Shown here: positions 24,989 through 37,100 of the stretch, in pieces
How the letters are laid out: each line of letters opens with the position of its first letter
How positions within the stretch are numbered: position 1 is the first letter of the stretch
IMG/VR virus record: IMGVR_UViG_3300045988_118927
Location: 1-42,123 of that record
Length of the DNA stretch: 42,123 nt
From: a virus
Reading direction: 5' to 3' (one strand)
Made by a program: the position numbers and the translations under genes
The notes under the pieces: generated by a model
The model's database searches: none
Seen by the model: only the letters and a program-made list of their open reading frames with translations
What the model was told of the DNA's origin: nothing

Positions 24989-26119
24989 ATGCACAGATTT
25001 TTACTTAACCTGCGTATGTTCGATACACAGGTAACTACACAGGAATCTCTGTCAGCAGAGATGAAGACTTACTATGAAGATACTCTCATAGACAATGCCG
25101 AGCCTAAACTGGTACACGATCAGTTTGGCGATAAGTATCCTATTCCCAAGAACAACGGTAAGACCATAGAGTTCCGTAAGTATGCGGCACTTCCTAAGGC
25201 ACTTACTCCTCTTACCGAAGGCGTTACTCCTACTGGTAACAGTTTATCCGTAAGCACAAAGGAAGCAACAATCAATCAGTTCGGTGATTACATCAAGCTG
25301 TCTGATATGCTCCAGCTTACTACTATCGACAACAACGTTGTACAGTCTACAAAGTTACTCGGTAGTCAGTCGGGCAGAACGCTTGACACAATCACAAGAG
25401 AGATTGTAAATGCAGGCACAAACGTTATCTATGCTGATAAGGCAGACGGTAGCGAAGTGCTTTCAAGAAAAGCGTTAACTCTTGACTCAGAGCTGACAGT
25501 TGACACCATCTTCAGAGCGGTAGCACAGCTTAAGAGTATGAATGCTGACGGCATCAGCGGTGGCGAATTTGTTGCTATCATTCATCCGTTTGTATCGTAT
25601 GCTCTTATGAGATCGGACGATTGGGTGTCTATCCACCAGTATAAGAATCCCGAAAACATCTATCAGGGCGAAATCGGTACAATCGGTGGTGTAAGATTCG
25701 TTGAATCAACAGAAGCAAAGATATTTGCTGAAGATGGTTGCCCTGAATTCTACGCACTTACAAAGGACACAAAGTTCGTAGCAGGTAAGACATATTACAC
25801 CAAGTCGGGCGAAACATACTCTGCCGCTTCGTCCGTAACACCGGGCGGTGCAGTAACGGCTGACACATACTATGAGAAGCACTACACAGCTATATTCTCA
25901 ACACTTGTTATCGGCTCACACGCTTATGCGGTAACCGATGTAACAGGCGGCGGTCTTGAGCATATCATCAAGCAGCTCGGCTACGGTGATGATCCTCTCA
26001 ATCAGCGTTCAAGCGTAGGTTGGAAGGCAACAAAGACAGCGGAAATCCTGTCAGACGAGTATATGGTAAGAATCGAATCTTGCGTAAAGAGATACTCAAA
26101 CAAGATCGAAGCAAACTAA
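24989..26119 (+). CDS. Major capsid protein, N4-gp56-like HK97-fold family, with an L27-like N-terminal leader
   Basis: KTIEFRKYAALPKALTPLTEGVTPTGNSLSVS...INQFGDYIKLSDM...LDTITREIVNAGTNVIYA matches my memory of the N4-gp56 capsid family. Leader MHRFLLNLRMFDT. aagagg RBS. Confidence 0.8.
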   Translation: MHRFLLNLRMFDTQVTTQESLSAEMKTYYEDTLIDNAEPKLVHDQFGDKYPIPKNNGKTIEFRKYAALPKALTPLTEGVTPTGNSLSVSTKEATINQFGDYIKLSDMLQLTTIDNNVVQSTKLLGSQSGRTLDTITREIVNAGTNVIYADKADGSEVLSRKALTLDSELTVDTIFRAVAQLKSMNADGISGGEFVAIIHPFVSYALMRSDDWVSIHQYKNPENIYQGEIGTIGGVRFVESTEAKIFAEDGCPEFYALTKDTKFVAGKTYYTKSGETYSAASSVTPGGAVTADTYYEKHYTAIFSTLVIGSHAYAVTDVTGGGLEHIIKQLGYGDDPLNQRSSVGWKATKTAEILSDEYMVRIESCVKRYSNKIEAN

Positions 26120-26135
26120 ATGGAGGTAATCCAGT

Positions 26136-26405
26136 ATGGCAACAAAAGCAACAGCATCTGAGATAAAGAACGTTGTGCCTGAATACGATCCCGAAGAGAT
26201 GGTTGACATCAAACTCTTCAAGGATGCGAAAAACTATAAAGACCCGGTCTTTGTAGGAGTAAACGGCAGAACGTATCTTGTTGAACGTGGTGTTACCGTT
26301 TCAGTTCCTCGCATGGTAGCAGAGGTAATTGAACGTAGCGAAGCACAGAAGCAGAAGGCAGAAGCGTTTATATCAGACGTGGTATCACGTTCTCAGAGCA
26401 TATAA
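26136..26405 (+). CDS. Small head-module protein, 89 aa, function unknown
   Basis: ggaggt RBS. Lies immediately after the capsid gene and before a terminator. Confidence 0.55.
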   Translation: MATKATASEIKNVVPEYDPEEMVDIKLFKDAKNYKDPVFVGVNGRTYLVERGVTVSVPRMVAEVIERSEAQKQKAEAFISDVVSRSQSI

Positions 26406-26418
26406 GCAAGTCGCAAAA

Positions 26419-26455
26419 CGGCGGTGGCGGTAATTCGCCGCCGCTTATTTTGTTT
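26419..26455 (+). terminator. Rho-independent terminator after the capsid block
   Basis: ggcggtggcgg - taat - tcgccgccgc stem with G-T wobbles, followed by ttattttgttt. Confidence 0.65.
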
Positions 26456-26467
26456 ACAGGAGGAACA

Positions 26468-26833
26468 ATGACAGCAAACGAAGCAATTACAAAAGCTGAC
26501 ACGTTACGTCCGAATCAGATCCCGAAAGCAACAAAAACGGAATGGATTCGTCAGCTTGAACAGACGGTATATAACGAGATATACAAAACACACGATACAA
26601 CGGATATCGAATTTACGGATATGGATTCAGAAACATTTGCAGACGATAAGCTGTTTGTTCCTGCTCCATATGACGAAATCTATATGCAGTATTTATGCGT
26701 TAAGATAGATTATTACAATGCAGAGTACGAACGTTACAACAATGACACAGCAACGTTTGCGGCTCTGTACAACAGCTACGCCACACACTATAACAGAGAG
26801 CATATGCCTGTCACAGCAGAGCTTAAATATTAG
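26468..26833 (+). CDS. Hypothetical head/neck protein, 121 aa
   Basis: acaggagga RBS before ATG 26468. Tyr/Asn-rich C-terminal half. Function not recognised. Confidence 0.5.
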   Translation: MTANEAITKADTLRPNQIPKATKTEWIRQLEQTVYNEIYKTHDTTDIEFTDMDSETFADDKLFVPAPYDEIYMQYLCVKIDYYNAEYERYNNDTATFAALYNSYATHYNREHMPVTAELKY

Positions 26834-26844
26834 GAGGGATAACT

Positions 26845-28131
26845 ATGGCAAAAGTAAGGAAAGAGAGAACATCGAGCATTTACGAAAAAGCTCCCGATAG
26901 ATTCAACGCTAACAGCAGTTCGGCCACCAACAGCAACAGCACAGGCTACAAACCTTCCAATGCGGTCAATACAGCAAAGCAGGCATACACCGTACACAAC
27001 AGCGAAAAGCCGTCCGCATACACAGGCAAGTATGATAACCTGATAAACGATAACCTTAACAACATTCTCAATCGCAAGCGGTTCGATTACGATGCAAGCA
27101 AGGATGCACTGTACAATCAGTACAAGGATATGTACACACGCAACGGTCAGACAGCTATGCAGGATACAATGGGCAATGCGGCTCTGCTGACAGGCGGTTA
27201 CGGCAACAGCTATGCTACAACGGCAGGACAGCAGGCATACAACAGCTATATGCAACAGCTTAACGATAAGATACCTGAGCTTGAGCAGAGAGCATATGAT
27301 CGTTACCGTGACGAAACAAATGACCTTTACAATCAGAATAATCTGCTGACAAACCTTGACTCCACAGACTACAGCAGATACCGTGATAAGATGAGCGATT
27401 ATCTCAATGACAGAGATTTCTATTACAATGCGTATAACAACGAACGCAATTTCGATTACGGAAAGTATAGAGATGATGTCGGAGATGCAAAGGATGACAG
27501 AAACTTTAACTATCAGAAGGAACGTGATAGTGTAAGCGATAATCAGTGGCAGAAAACGTTTAACTATAACCAGTACCGTGACAAAGTGGGCGATGATCAG
27601 TGGCAGAAGCAGTTTGATTATCAGAAACAGAGAGATGCGGTGAGCGATGATCAGTGGAACAAAAATTATGCTATGAACATCTCAAAGGCAATCGGATCAG
27701 CACAGAAAGAATCTGAAGATGATACATACTTCGATCCCAACAAAGCGTACAAGTTTCTTACCGACTATGATGATTATTTCAATGTTAAAGATAATCCGTC
27801 AGAAGTTGCGGAAGCCTTATTCCAGTCATACGGCGATAAGGACGGCTTTTGGGAATGGGCGGACGAAGCATCGATTGGCAAAGGCTCTCTGACAGATTTG
27901 ATTTATTCGCTGCATCCTGAGCTGATAGACAGCTCAACGCTCAAAGGCGTTAATTCTTGGGGAACGATAGGCTCGGCAGGAATACAGTCAAACGCAAACG
28001 CAATTGCTGAAGATAACAAACGATACGGTGATTATAAGAGCCTGTTATCCGATTCAAACAACTGGTCTACATCCCGTCAGCAGTGGTTGGATGATAACAA
28101 GAAGGCAAAGAAAGCAAACAGCAAGAAATAA
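26845..28131 (+). CDS. Virion-module protein with tandem 18-aa FxYxxxRDxVxDxQWxK repeats
   Basis: aggaggg RBS. Four clean 18-aa units occupy nt 27451-27666, with degenerate units upstream. Asn/Tyr/Asp/Gln-rich throughout. Confidence 0.6.
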   Translation: MAKVRKERTSSIYEKAPDRFNANSSSATNSNSTGYKPSNAVNTAKQAYTVHNSEKPSAYTGKYDNLINDNLNNILNRKRFDYDASKDALYNQYKDMYTRNGQTAMQDTMGNAALLTGGYGNSYATTAGQQAYNSYMQQLNDKIPELEQRAYDRYRDETNDLYNQNNLLTNLDSTDYSRYRDKMSDYLNDRDFYYNAYNNERNFDYGKYRDDVGDAKDDRNFNYQKERDSVSDNQWQKTFNYNQYRDKVGDDQWQKQFDYQKQRDAVSDDQWNKNYAMNISKAIGSAQKESEDDTYFDPNKAYKFLTDYDDYFNVKDNPSEVAEALFQSYGDKDGFWEWADEASIGKGSLTDLIYSLHPELIDSSTLKGVNSWGTIGSAGIQSNANAIAEDNKRYGDYKSLLSDSNNWSTSRQQWLDDNKKAKKANSKK

Positions 28132-28146
28132 ACGGAGGTTTTGAGA

Positions 28147-31100
28147 ATGGACGAAGAAAGACTCAAGCGTATAAGGGCAAACATTGCGAAACACGAAGAA
28201 CGCAAGAAAACGCAGAATATAATGGGCGATATTGATTCGTCTAAACTTGACCGCAGTAACACAAGCTACAATAAAAATGATGCCGCTTTCGAAATGGCAA
28301 AGCAGCACTATCAGAATAGCTATCTACCGAAGAAGGCACAGGAATACTACAAGGGCGTTGAAAACTACAGAAATTCATATGAGCAGATGGCGAACAAGCC
28401 GAGTGCGAATAACTATACTGTAATGACTCCCGAAAACGAATCAGCGAATCTGATTGGTGACGATATCAACACATACGTTTCTCCGCAGATGCGTGAAAAG
28501 GCACAGAAGCACTATAACGAGGTATTTAACAACGAGAACAAGAAGTATGCTGAACAGTACGCAAGGTTGAACGAAAAGAGCAAGCCTGCGTACAGTTATG
28601 CACAGGCAAAGAGCAAAGCAGCGAAGGAAGTCGATAACAGCATCAACGCTTTTTCTTCTCAGTTTAAAGACGAGAACGAATACAACGCTTATGCTGATAA
28701 TATGGCACAGGCAAAGGAACAGCAGAGATTGCTTGACTACAACGTAGCTGAGGCAAAAAACAAACTGCTGACAATGAAAGCTGATACAGACGAATACAAA
28801 CAAATTGAATCAGATATAAAGAAAGCGGAAACTGTACAGGAATTTGCAAAGAATATGCAGGACGAAAACTTCCGCAAAGAATACGCCGAATACGAACAGC
28901 ATCAGAAGGACTATGAGAACAAAAACTGGTTTGGCAAGGCGGTTGAGCAAGTCGGAAACGCTATAGATGATGTTATCTATAGTTACGGTGGCGGTATGTA
29001 CGGTGTGGCAGAATCGGTTAGTGGAATTGCTGACTCTGTTTTCGGTAGAAATCCGAATGAAGAAGGAACACTTTCGAAAAATATTCATGACTTTTACAAT
29101 TACATCCATAGCGAAACAGAACGCAGGCAGCGTTATAGCAATTATACAAAGCAAGGGCTTACAACAGACATCTACAACGCAACTAATAACGAAGAATTTA
29201 GCAACATCGCAAGCAATGTTATCTCAATTACGCTTAACTCTCTTGCCGATGCAGGCGTAAGTATGGGAATGGCGGCACTCACTGGTGGAACATCTCTCGC
29301 ACAGAAAGGTTTACAGTCAACAGTAGGACTTACGAAAACACAGAAAGCTACGCAGATGATGTCAAGTATGGCTAAAGGAATGACAAAAGACCTCAACTTC
29401 TGGACATCGTTTGCGAGAGAAGGCGGTAGTGCGTACAATGATGCCATCGCCGCAGGAGCATCAAACGAGGAAGCTACAATTGCTATGCTTGCAACAGGCT
29501 TACCGAATGCTTATATCGAAGTCGGAGGCGGTGTCGAAAAGTTTAAAGACTTAGCAGGAACAGGCGTTAAGGGATGGCTCAGAGATTTCGCAAAAAGCAC
29601 AGGCGAAGAAGCGACCGAAGAATTGAAGCAGGGCATTATATCAGAGCTTGTTAAGAAGCTGACGTATGCTCCCGAAACAGAGCTATTCTCGACAGCCAAT
29701 GACGGTAGTGGTATTATCAATCCGATAAGAATGTATCAAGAAGCATTCGGTGGTGCTGTAGGCGGTGCTTTTGGTGGCTCTGTCGGTAAAGCTATAAACG
29801 TTGCAAGCTACACTGTAGCAAACAATATGTATAAGTCGGACAGTATGAGAGAGCTTATACAGAGCGGTAAGTATACTGAAATGCTTAAAGCACTTCCCGA
29901 TTCCGACTTTAAGAACAGCGAGATAAGCAAAACGTTCAGTGCTGAAATGGATGAAAAGCAGACTCTTGCGAAGCTCAAAGGCATAAGCAACAGACAGCTT
30001 ATCAAGCAGTACGATTCTATGGTTGATACGCTCAGTTCTGTGTCAGAAGGCAATGTTGCCAGTCTTGCACTTATAGCGACAGGCGATACAAAAACAGCCA
30101 CAGAGGTTGCTCCTATTCTCAGAAAGCTGTATGACGGTAAAGTAATAACAGAGGAAGAAGCTAAGATTATCTCACGCAATGAGAACGTTGTTAATATGCT
30201 CAGTGAAACCACAGGCTTGGATATGACGAATTCTTCGTGGGAAGAATTCGTTACACTATCGGAGCAGGCACAGTTTGAGAATATAACAGGCACAAGTACA
30301 GGCAACGCTATTGCTGATGTTGTTCTTGGTAATGCTCAGAGGGCTGAAGCAGGAAGAAACTACATAGCAGAAGAACAGAACAAGTATGCAAACGATCTCT
30401 CAGGCACACCTACATTCACGGCACAGATAGGTGATGAGTCTGTTAAGATAACAGGCATAGATCACATTGAAAACGGCGAAGTGTATGTAAATCTGTCAAA
30501 CGGCACAACGCAGGAGGCACAGAGTCTTAACACAGATGAAGTTACTACTGCTCTACTTTCCTATGCATCTGAGTATGATGCAAAAACTGCATCGGCATTT
30601 ATCGGTGGATACACAGGCAATATCTCTGTTGGTGAGTATGCGAGAAGTTTTGCAGGAGTAAACTCGGCAGCGAAAGCCGGGCTTAGCTATGATAATATTG
30701 TAAAAAGTGCTCCGACTATGATAAACAACGTAGGCATCGATACAGCAAAAACACTCACAAAAAGCGGCAACGCATTTGCTTTAAAACAGGCAACAGCCGA
30801 TATCGAAAACACGGTATCAGCACAGCAGAGACAGGCAACACGCAACGACAAAACCTCTGTAAAAAACAAGACAGGCGGCACTGTTACAAGAGAACACAGA
30901 ATACTTGCCCGTACCGTATCAAAGGTGACAGGCTATACCGTTGTGCTTGTAGACAGCACGAACGTCAAAAACGGAAAGACAGTTAACGGCAGAAAGGCTA
31001 TAGGTGAGTTTAACTCCACAAAGGGCGAAATCGTTCTTGATATAGGCTCTGATGATGTAGTAGCTACTACTCTGCACGAAGTTACCCACTACATAAAACT

Positions 31101-34100
31101 TAACGCACCGACACAGTATAACGCTTTGCGTGACGCTGTAATTGAATATGCGACAAAGACGGGTAAGATAGAGTATTATCTTGAAAAGTACGCAAATTCA
31201 TACGGTACAGATAATGTGTATGAGCTTACCGAAGAGATGACCGCAGACGCCGCCGAAGCTCTGCTGACAAACGAGAAGTTCATCAACGAGTTGTTAAGCG
31301 ACAAGTCGTTCGTCAACGCTGTTGTAGGCGAAAACAAAGGCTTTGTGCGCAAGTTCCTTGACACTCTGCACGATATAATCAGCGCTATTAAAGACTATCT
31401 CAAAGGCAGAAGCGTAAATCATCAGATAGCAAGAGAACTGTCGGAAGACGTAAAGGCGCTTGAAAAGATTGAGAAGCTTTGGAGAGATGCTTTGAAGGCG
31501 GCGGTTAATAATCATGCTGAAAGCTCGGCTGTTAAGCAAGATACGAAAAAATCCGCTACAGAGAGCGGAACAAAATTTTCTATTAAAGAAGATATGTCGG
31601 AGCAGGAACGTTACGAAGAGCTTAAAGATAAGTCTATAGTTGTCTCAAAGCCTGACATGAGCAAAGTATCCGATATAGACATTGAAGCATATAAAAACCT
31701 CAGCACCAAAGAAGCCAAAAAGCCGATCAGAAGAATTGCGGAGATGCTCGGAATACACAACGTCAATTACAAAAACAGCAATATCAAATTTGATTTTGCA
31801 TTTTCGAAAGGCAGCCTTGATACAAGTCTTAATCATCAAAGAGAGTATGGCGGAAGTTACACAGATTATGCTGAGATGCTTACCTGTCTTGAAAAACTCA
31901 TTGAAAATGCAGAGCTTATAGAAGTACATAAAAACTATAAGGATAACGAACAACTTAAAAGGACATTTGTGTTGATGAGTGCGTTAAGCGGCAAAGATGG
32001 TATTTATCCTGTTCAATTTGAAGTTAAAGAGTTTTACAGTAGCACCAAAAAGTTATATTTAACTGCTGTTCTGACAAAAATAAAAGAACCAGCCGTCGTA
32101 ACGGAGAGCCACACCGATTACTCGGAAGCATCAACTCCGCTGGTAGCTGATTCTACAATCAGTTTATCACAGCTTTTTGCAAATGTCAACCCCACTGACA
32201 AAAGGTTTTTAAAATATGTGCCGGATAACTTCTTATCAGCAGAGCAAATCGAAGCAAAGCGTAAAGCTCAGAAGAGTGATTACAAAAATTACAACAGATA
32301 TGTTGAGGTGTTTGAAAATGACAAAAACGGTAGCGACAACAAATTCTCCCTCTCCGAACCCGTTGAAGAAAAAGGCAATCTCATAGCTGTACATAATATC
32401 TATACAGATAAACTCGTCAAGTCATTAAAGCTCGGCGGTTTCCCGATGCCCTCAATAGCAGTCACAAAAGCGGATATGGGTCACGGGAATTATGGCGAGT
32501 GTTCGTTTGTTTTTGACAAATCAACGATTGATCCGAAAGCTGATAAAAGAAATAAGGTTTACGGTGGTGATGCGTGGACTCCAACATATCCGGCAATCGA
32601 GTATAAAGTAAGCGAAAAAATAGCGGACAAGGCACGAAAAAAATACTATGACTTATACGAACAGTACGGAGAAAAAGTCAGAGGTATGTATCGCTATGGC
32701 GTTACACTTGAAGATACTCTCAACAGCGAGGGTGGCGAGCAGAAAATGCTCAACAAGTTATACGATGATCCTGCTATGATGCAGGTGTATAGGCTTGACA
32801 ACGGTATGTCGGCAGTAGATAATGTTGTAAAAAGAAGAGAACGCCAGACGCTCAACGAGCAGGAAATAGCGTTGTCAAAACAGCTTTTGTCAGCGTTGGG
32901 AGACAAAATAGAAGAAGCAAGTGCAAAGAACGGCGAAAACCCTCTGCCGATAAGAAAAGCGTTTTTCAACAAATATCACGATGAGGTTATCAAGGCTTTT
33001 GAGGATTATTACAAAAGCACCGGAACGAGTGTCGAAGAAACTGAAACAAAGATAGCAAACACAAAGGCGTTTACGTTTGTTTCGTCAATAGCAAAAGCGC
33101 TGAGATACAAACAAAACAAAGGCATTGTTGCCGAAGAAATCTTTGATAACGAAGCAACAGATAAAGCTGTTCGTGATAGTGTTGACCAGTCTGAGTATCA
33201 AAAATGGATTGACGGACTGTTTAAAGGTGCTGAAGAAAAGAGTGGCATATGGAACGGTAAAGATTTTTACACACCAAGCGGAAGAACTCGAAACTTTGAT
33301 GCGCTCCATTACGAAGAAACTCTTGAGAACGTTGTTAAAGTAATGCGTTCCGAAATGAATGGTGACACTCTTTTTGGTGGCATGGGAATATGGGGCGTGG
33401 CGCAGAAAGAATACTCGTCTATTGATAAATTGAAATCAGACTCAGCTCGTTTGCAAAAAATGAGCGATGACGAATATTCAAACATAAAAAGTGGCTTTGC
33501 TGAACAGCTTAGCGAAGTGACTAAGGCAATCAAAAACGATTACTCCGGTAACAATTTCATTGATAGTGATATTGTCGCAGGTAATATTGTTGATGCAGTA
33601 AGAGAGTCAAAAACAAAGTCAGGCATAAAGAGCTATCTAAAGGAGTATTATCCCGATATAACCGATACGGCTGTAGATGATATCGTAAACCTTGTTCACG
33701 GCATTATGGAAATGCCGACAGGATATTTTGAAGCCAAGCCACAGAGAGCGGTACGCTTCGATGAAGTCAAGTATGCTGTTGTGCCGGAAACACTGGACGA
33801 GAACATAAAGAAACAGCTTTCCGAGTACGGCATTCAGGTTGTCGAGTACGAAAATGGTAACGAGAAAGACAGAACAGCAAAACTTAATTCGCTTGACGAT
33901 GTTAAGTTTTCTATTTCTGAACAGACATCTGCTGAGTATGAAATGCTCAAACAGGAAAACAATGATCTCAAGGCACAGATAGAAGCATTAAAAAAAGAGA
34001 TGGAATTGACAAGCGGTCACACTGTAGATGCCGAAGCAGTAAGCAAACTTGCCAAGAGATATATCAGAGAATACAAGAGCAAAGCCAATGTTGAAGAAGT

Positions 34101-37100
34101 GTCTGCAAAACTCAAACAGATTTTTGAGTACATTGCGAATGAAGATGCAAATGCCGAAGAAGCAAACAAGGCAATGTTTGAGCTTGCAGCACAGATAGTC
34201 AACAAGTCGGAAACGCTGAACGCTGAAATGCGTGATACATTCAAGGATGAGCTTGACATTATTCGTTCAGCGAGAATTTACGTTGACGATGCAACTAAAG
34301 CTGAGATAGAATCTCTGTACGGCGATTACAACACCTTCCGCAAGTCAATGTTCGGCAGAATGAAATTGACTACCAACAAAGAAAGTCACGGTCAAACAGT
34401 AGATATGCTTGTGCAGGAGCTTGCAGAGCTTGCACCGGGACAGTTTGATACAAACGTATCTGAGGGAGAATGTCTTGAACAGCTTGTCAGCTTTATAGAA
34501 GCAACAAAGCCGAGAATAGAAAATCCCTTCGGAGATTCTGTTGCTGAAGCGGCAAGCGAGTTAGCGTGGCAGATATTTGACGATTACTTCGATACTCCCG
34601 AAGTTAAAACGTTTGCCGACAAATACGAAGCAAAACTGCAGAAGGTTATCAACGAAAACCGTATAGCGAGAGCCGAATTACGCAAGGCTGAAAGGGCGAA
34701 AGCGAAAGCATTTTACGATGAAAAGCTCAAGGCTCTGCGTGATGAGAAAAACGAAGCTATAGCTAAGTTACGCAAGGAGAAAAACGATAAGTACGATAAC
34801 GATATTAAAAATCTGCGTGATGCCAAAGACAAGAAACTGAACGATGTCAGAGCTGACCGTGATGCCAAACTCAAGGCTCTGCGTGAACATTACAGAGAAC
34901 AGCAGAGAGAGAAGAGAGAAAACGCTGCCAAATCTGAACTGAGAGCAAGGATAACTACCGAGTACAAAAAGTTGTACAAGGATCTAACATCAAACAGCAA
35001 AGAGCATCACATTCCTGAAGTGTATAAGGAAACCGTTGCAAACGTGCTTGCAAGCATTGACCTTATAAGTAAAGCATCAAAGGAGAAAGCGGCTAAAACA
35101 GGTGAGGTTACAAAGGTTGCTGAAAAATTGAACAATCAACTGACGGCACTTGAAAACTTCATTTTGAATTATTCAATGTATGGAAACAAAGATGACGGCA
35201 CGAGCAGTGAACAACTGTACAATTTCGACCCCGACCTTGTATCCAACATTCAAAAAATCAAAGAGTATTTTAAGAGATATGCGAATAGCGGTACTAAAGC
35301 AATATCTGATATGAACATAGAAGAGTTAGAAGCCTTACACAATACGCTTAAAGCGTTGCGCTATGCTGTCAAAACAGCTGATAAAGCACTTTCTGCAAAC
35401 ATTACTCAGAGAATAACCGAGCTTGCTGAGAGTTCTATTTCAGAGATGGCAACGGATAGGACAAGAAGTCCGTTTAACAAAAACAAAGCGGCGCAGGCTG
35501 TCGGAGCGGTTGATACTTATATCAATTCTCAAATGCTTGACGCAAGGAGCTATTATCGTGGCATGGGCGATTCAGCATTTGAAATTTACAAGGCATTCCG
35601 CTCTGGCTTAGATTCCTTCATCAAACACACGCACGAAGCACAAGATTACTTTGCAAAAGTGCGTAAAGACAGTGGCTATACAGACAAGCAAATAAAACAC
35701 CTTGTGGACGATTACAAAACCTATACCGTATCACACGGCGAAATAGCAATGTCAAAAGCACAACTTATGTCGCTGTATTGTCTGTCGAAACGTGAACAAG
35801 CACTCGAACACATCTACAAAGGTGGTATCAGACCGACAGATCTTAAAGGAAAACGGCAAATAAAACCCGTGATGATTTCACCTGACGAGCTTTCAAGCCT
35901 ACTGAAAAATCTTAACAGTAATGAAATAGCTATGGCTGATAGGCTACAGCAGTTTATGGCTACCACTTGTGCAGAATGGGGCAATGAAGTGAGCATGGCT
36001 ATGTATGGCTACGCAAAGTTTACAGAAAGAAACTACTTCCCAATAAAGTCATCTGACACGAAGATACGGACAAACGATCAGAATTCGGGTGGGGACGCTG
36101 GCCTTTATTCAGTGCTTAATTACGGCATGACAAAAAGCCTTGTCAAGAACGCAAATAATTCTATTGACGTGGGAGATATTTTTAGTGTTACAAGACAGCA
36201 CATTGAGGAAATGAGCAGTTACAGTGCCTATGCATGTGCCGTTGCCGATAGTATGCGTTGGTTCAATTACAACAATCGTGAAACAGGCGAAAGCGTAAAG
36301 CAGTCTATGCTTAACAAATTCGGCACGAACGGTAGCAAGTATTTTATTGAGCTAGTGCGTGATATCAATCGCAACAAGCCTACGGGAAATTACGGCGGTG
36401 AAATATCAAGTGTACTTACATCCGCTCAAAAGGCGGCGGCTATAGCTGGTAACCTGTCAGTCGTTGTACAGCAACCTACGGCAATTGCGAGAGCTTGCAC
36501 CGAACTGTCGCTCGATTTAATCACAGAGGGAATAGCAATATCAGCTACGCACATCAAAAAGTCGGTACAAGAAGCTCAGGCACATTCAGATATTGCATGG
36601 TGGAAATCGCAAGGCTTTTTTGAAACTAATATGAGCAAATCAATGGACGAAATTATCACAGGAAGAAGCACTGCAAAGGATAAGATCGTTGAAATGGCTA
36701 TGAAGCCTGCCGGACTTGCCGATGATGTTACATGGGGAGCAATATGGGAAGCTACAAAGCTGTGGACAAAGAAATTCCATCCCGAAATAGAAGTTGGTTC
36801 GGATGAATTCTTCAGCATCACGAAAGAGAAATTTGATGATGTTGTCGATCAGACTCAGGTTGTGGACAGTGTACTGCACAGACCGATGATATTGCGAAGC
36901 AAGAACGCTTTAGTTAAGATGGATATGTCCTTTATGGCAGAGCCTCTTAAGTCAGCAAATCTGCTCAGAAACGCTATCGTTGATGTAAAGAACAAAAAGC
37001 CTAACGCTACAAAAAGACTGATCCGAGTATACGCATCCTGCGTAATGGCAAACGTTTTAGCGGCGGCGGCGAAAGCTATCGTAATGGCATTCCGTGATAC

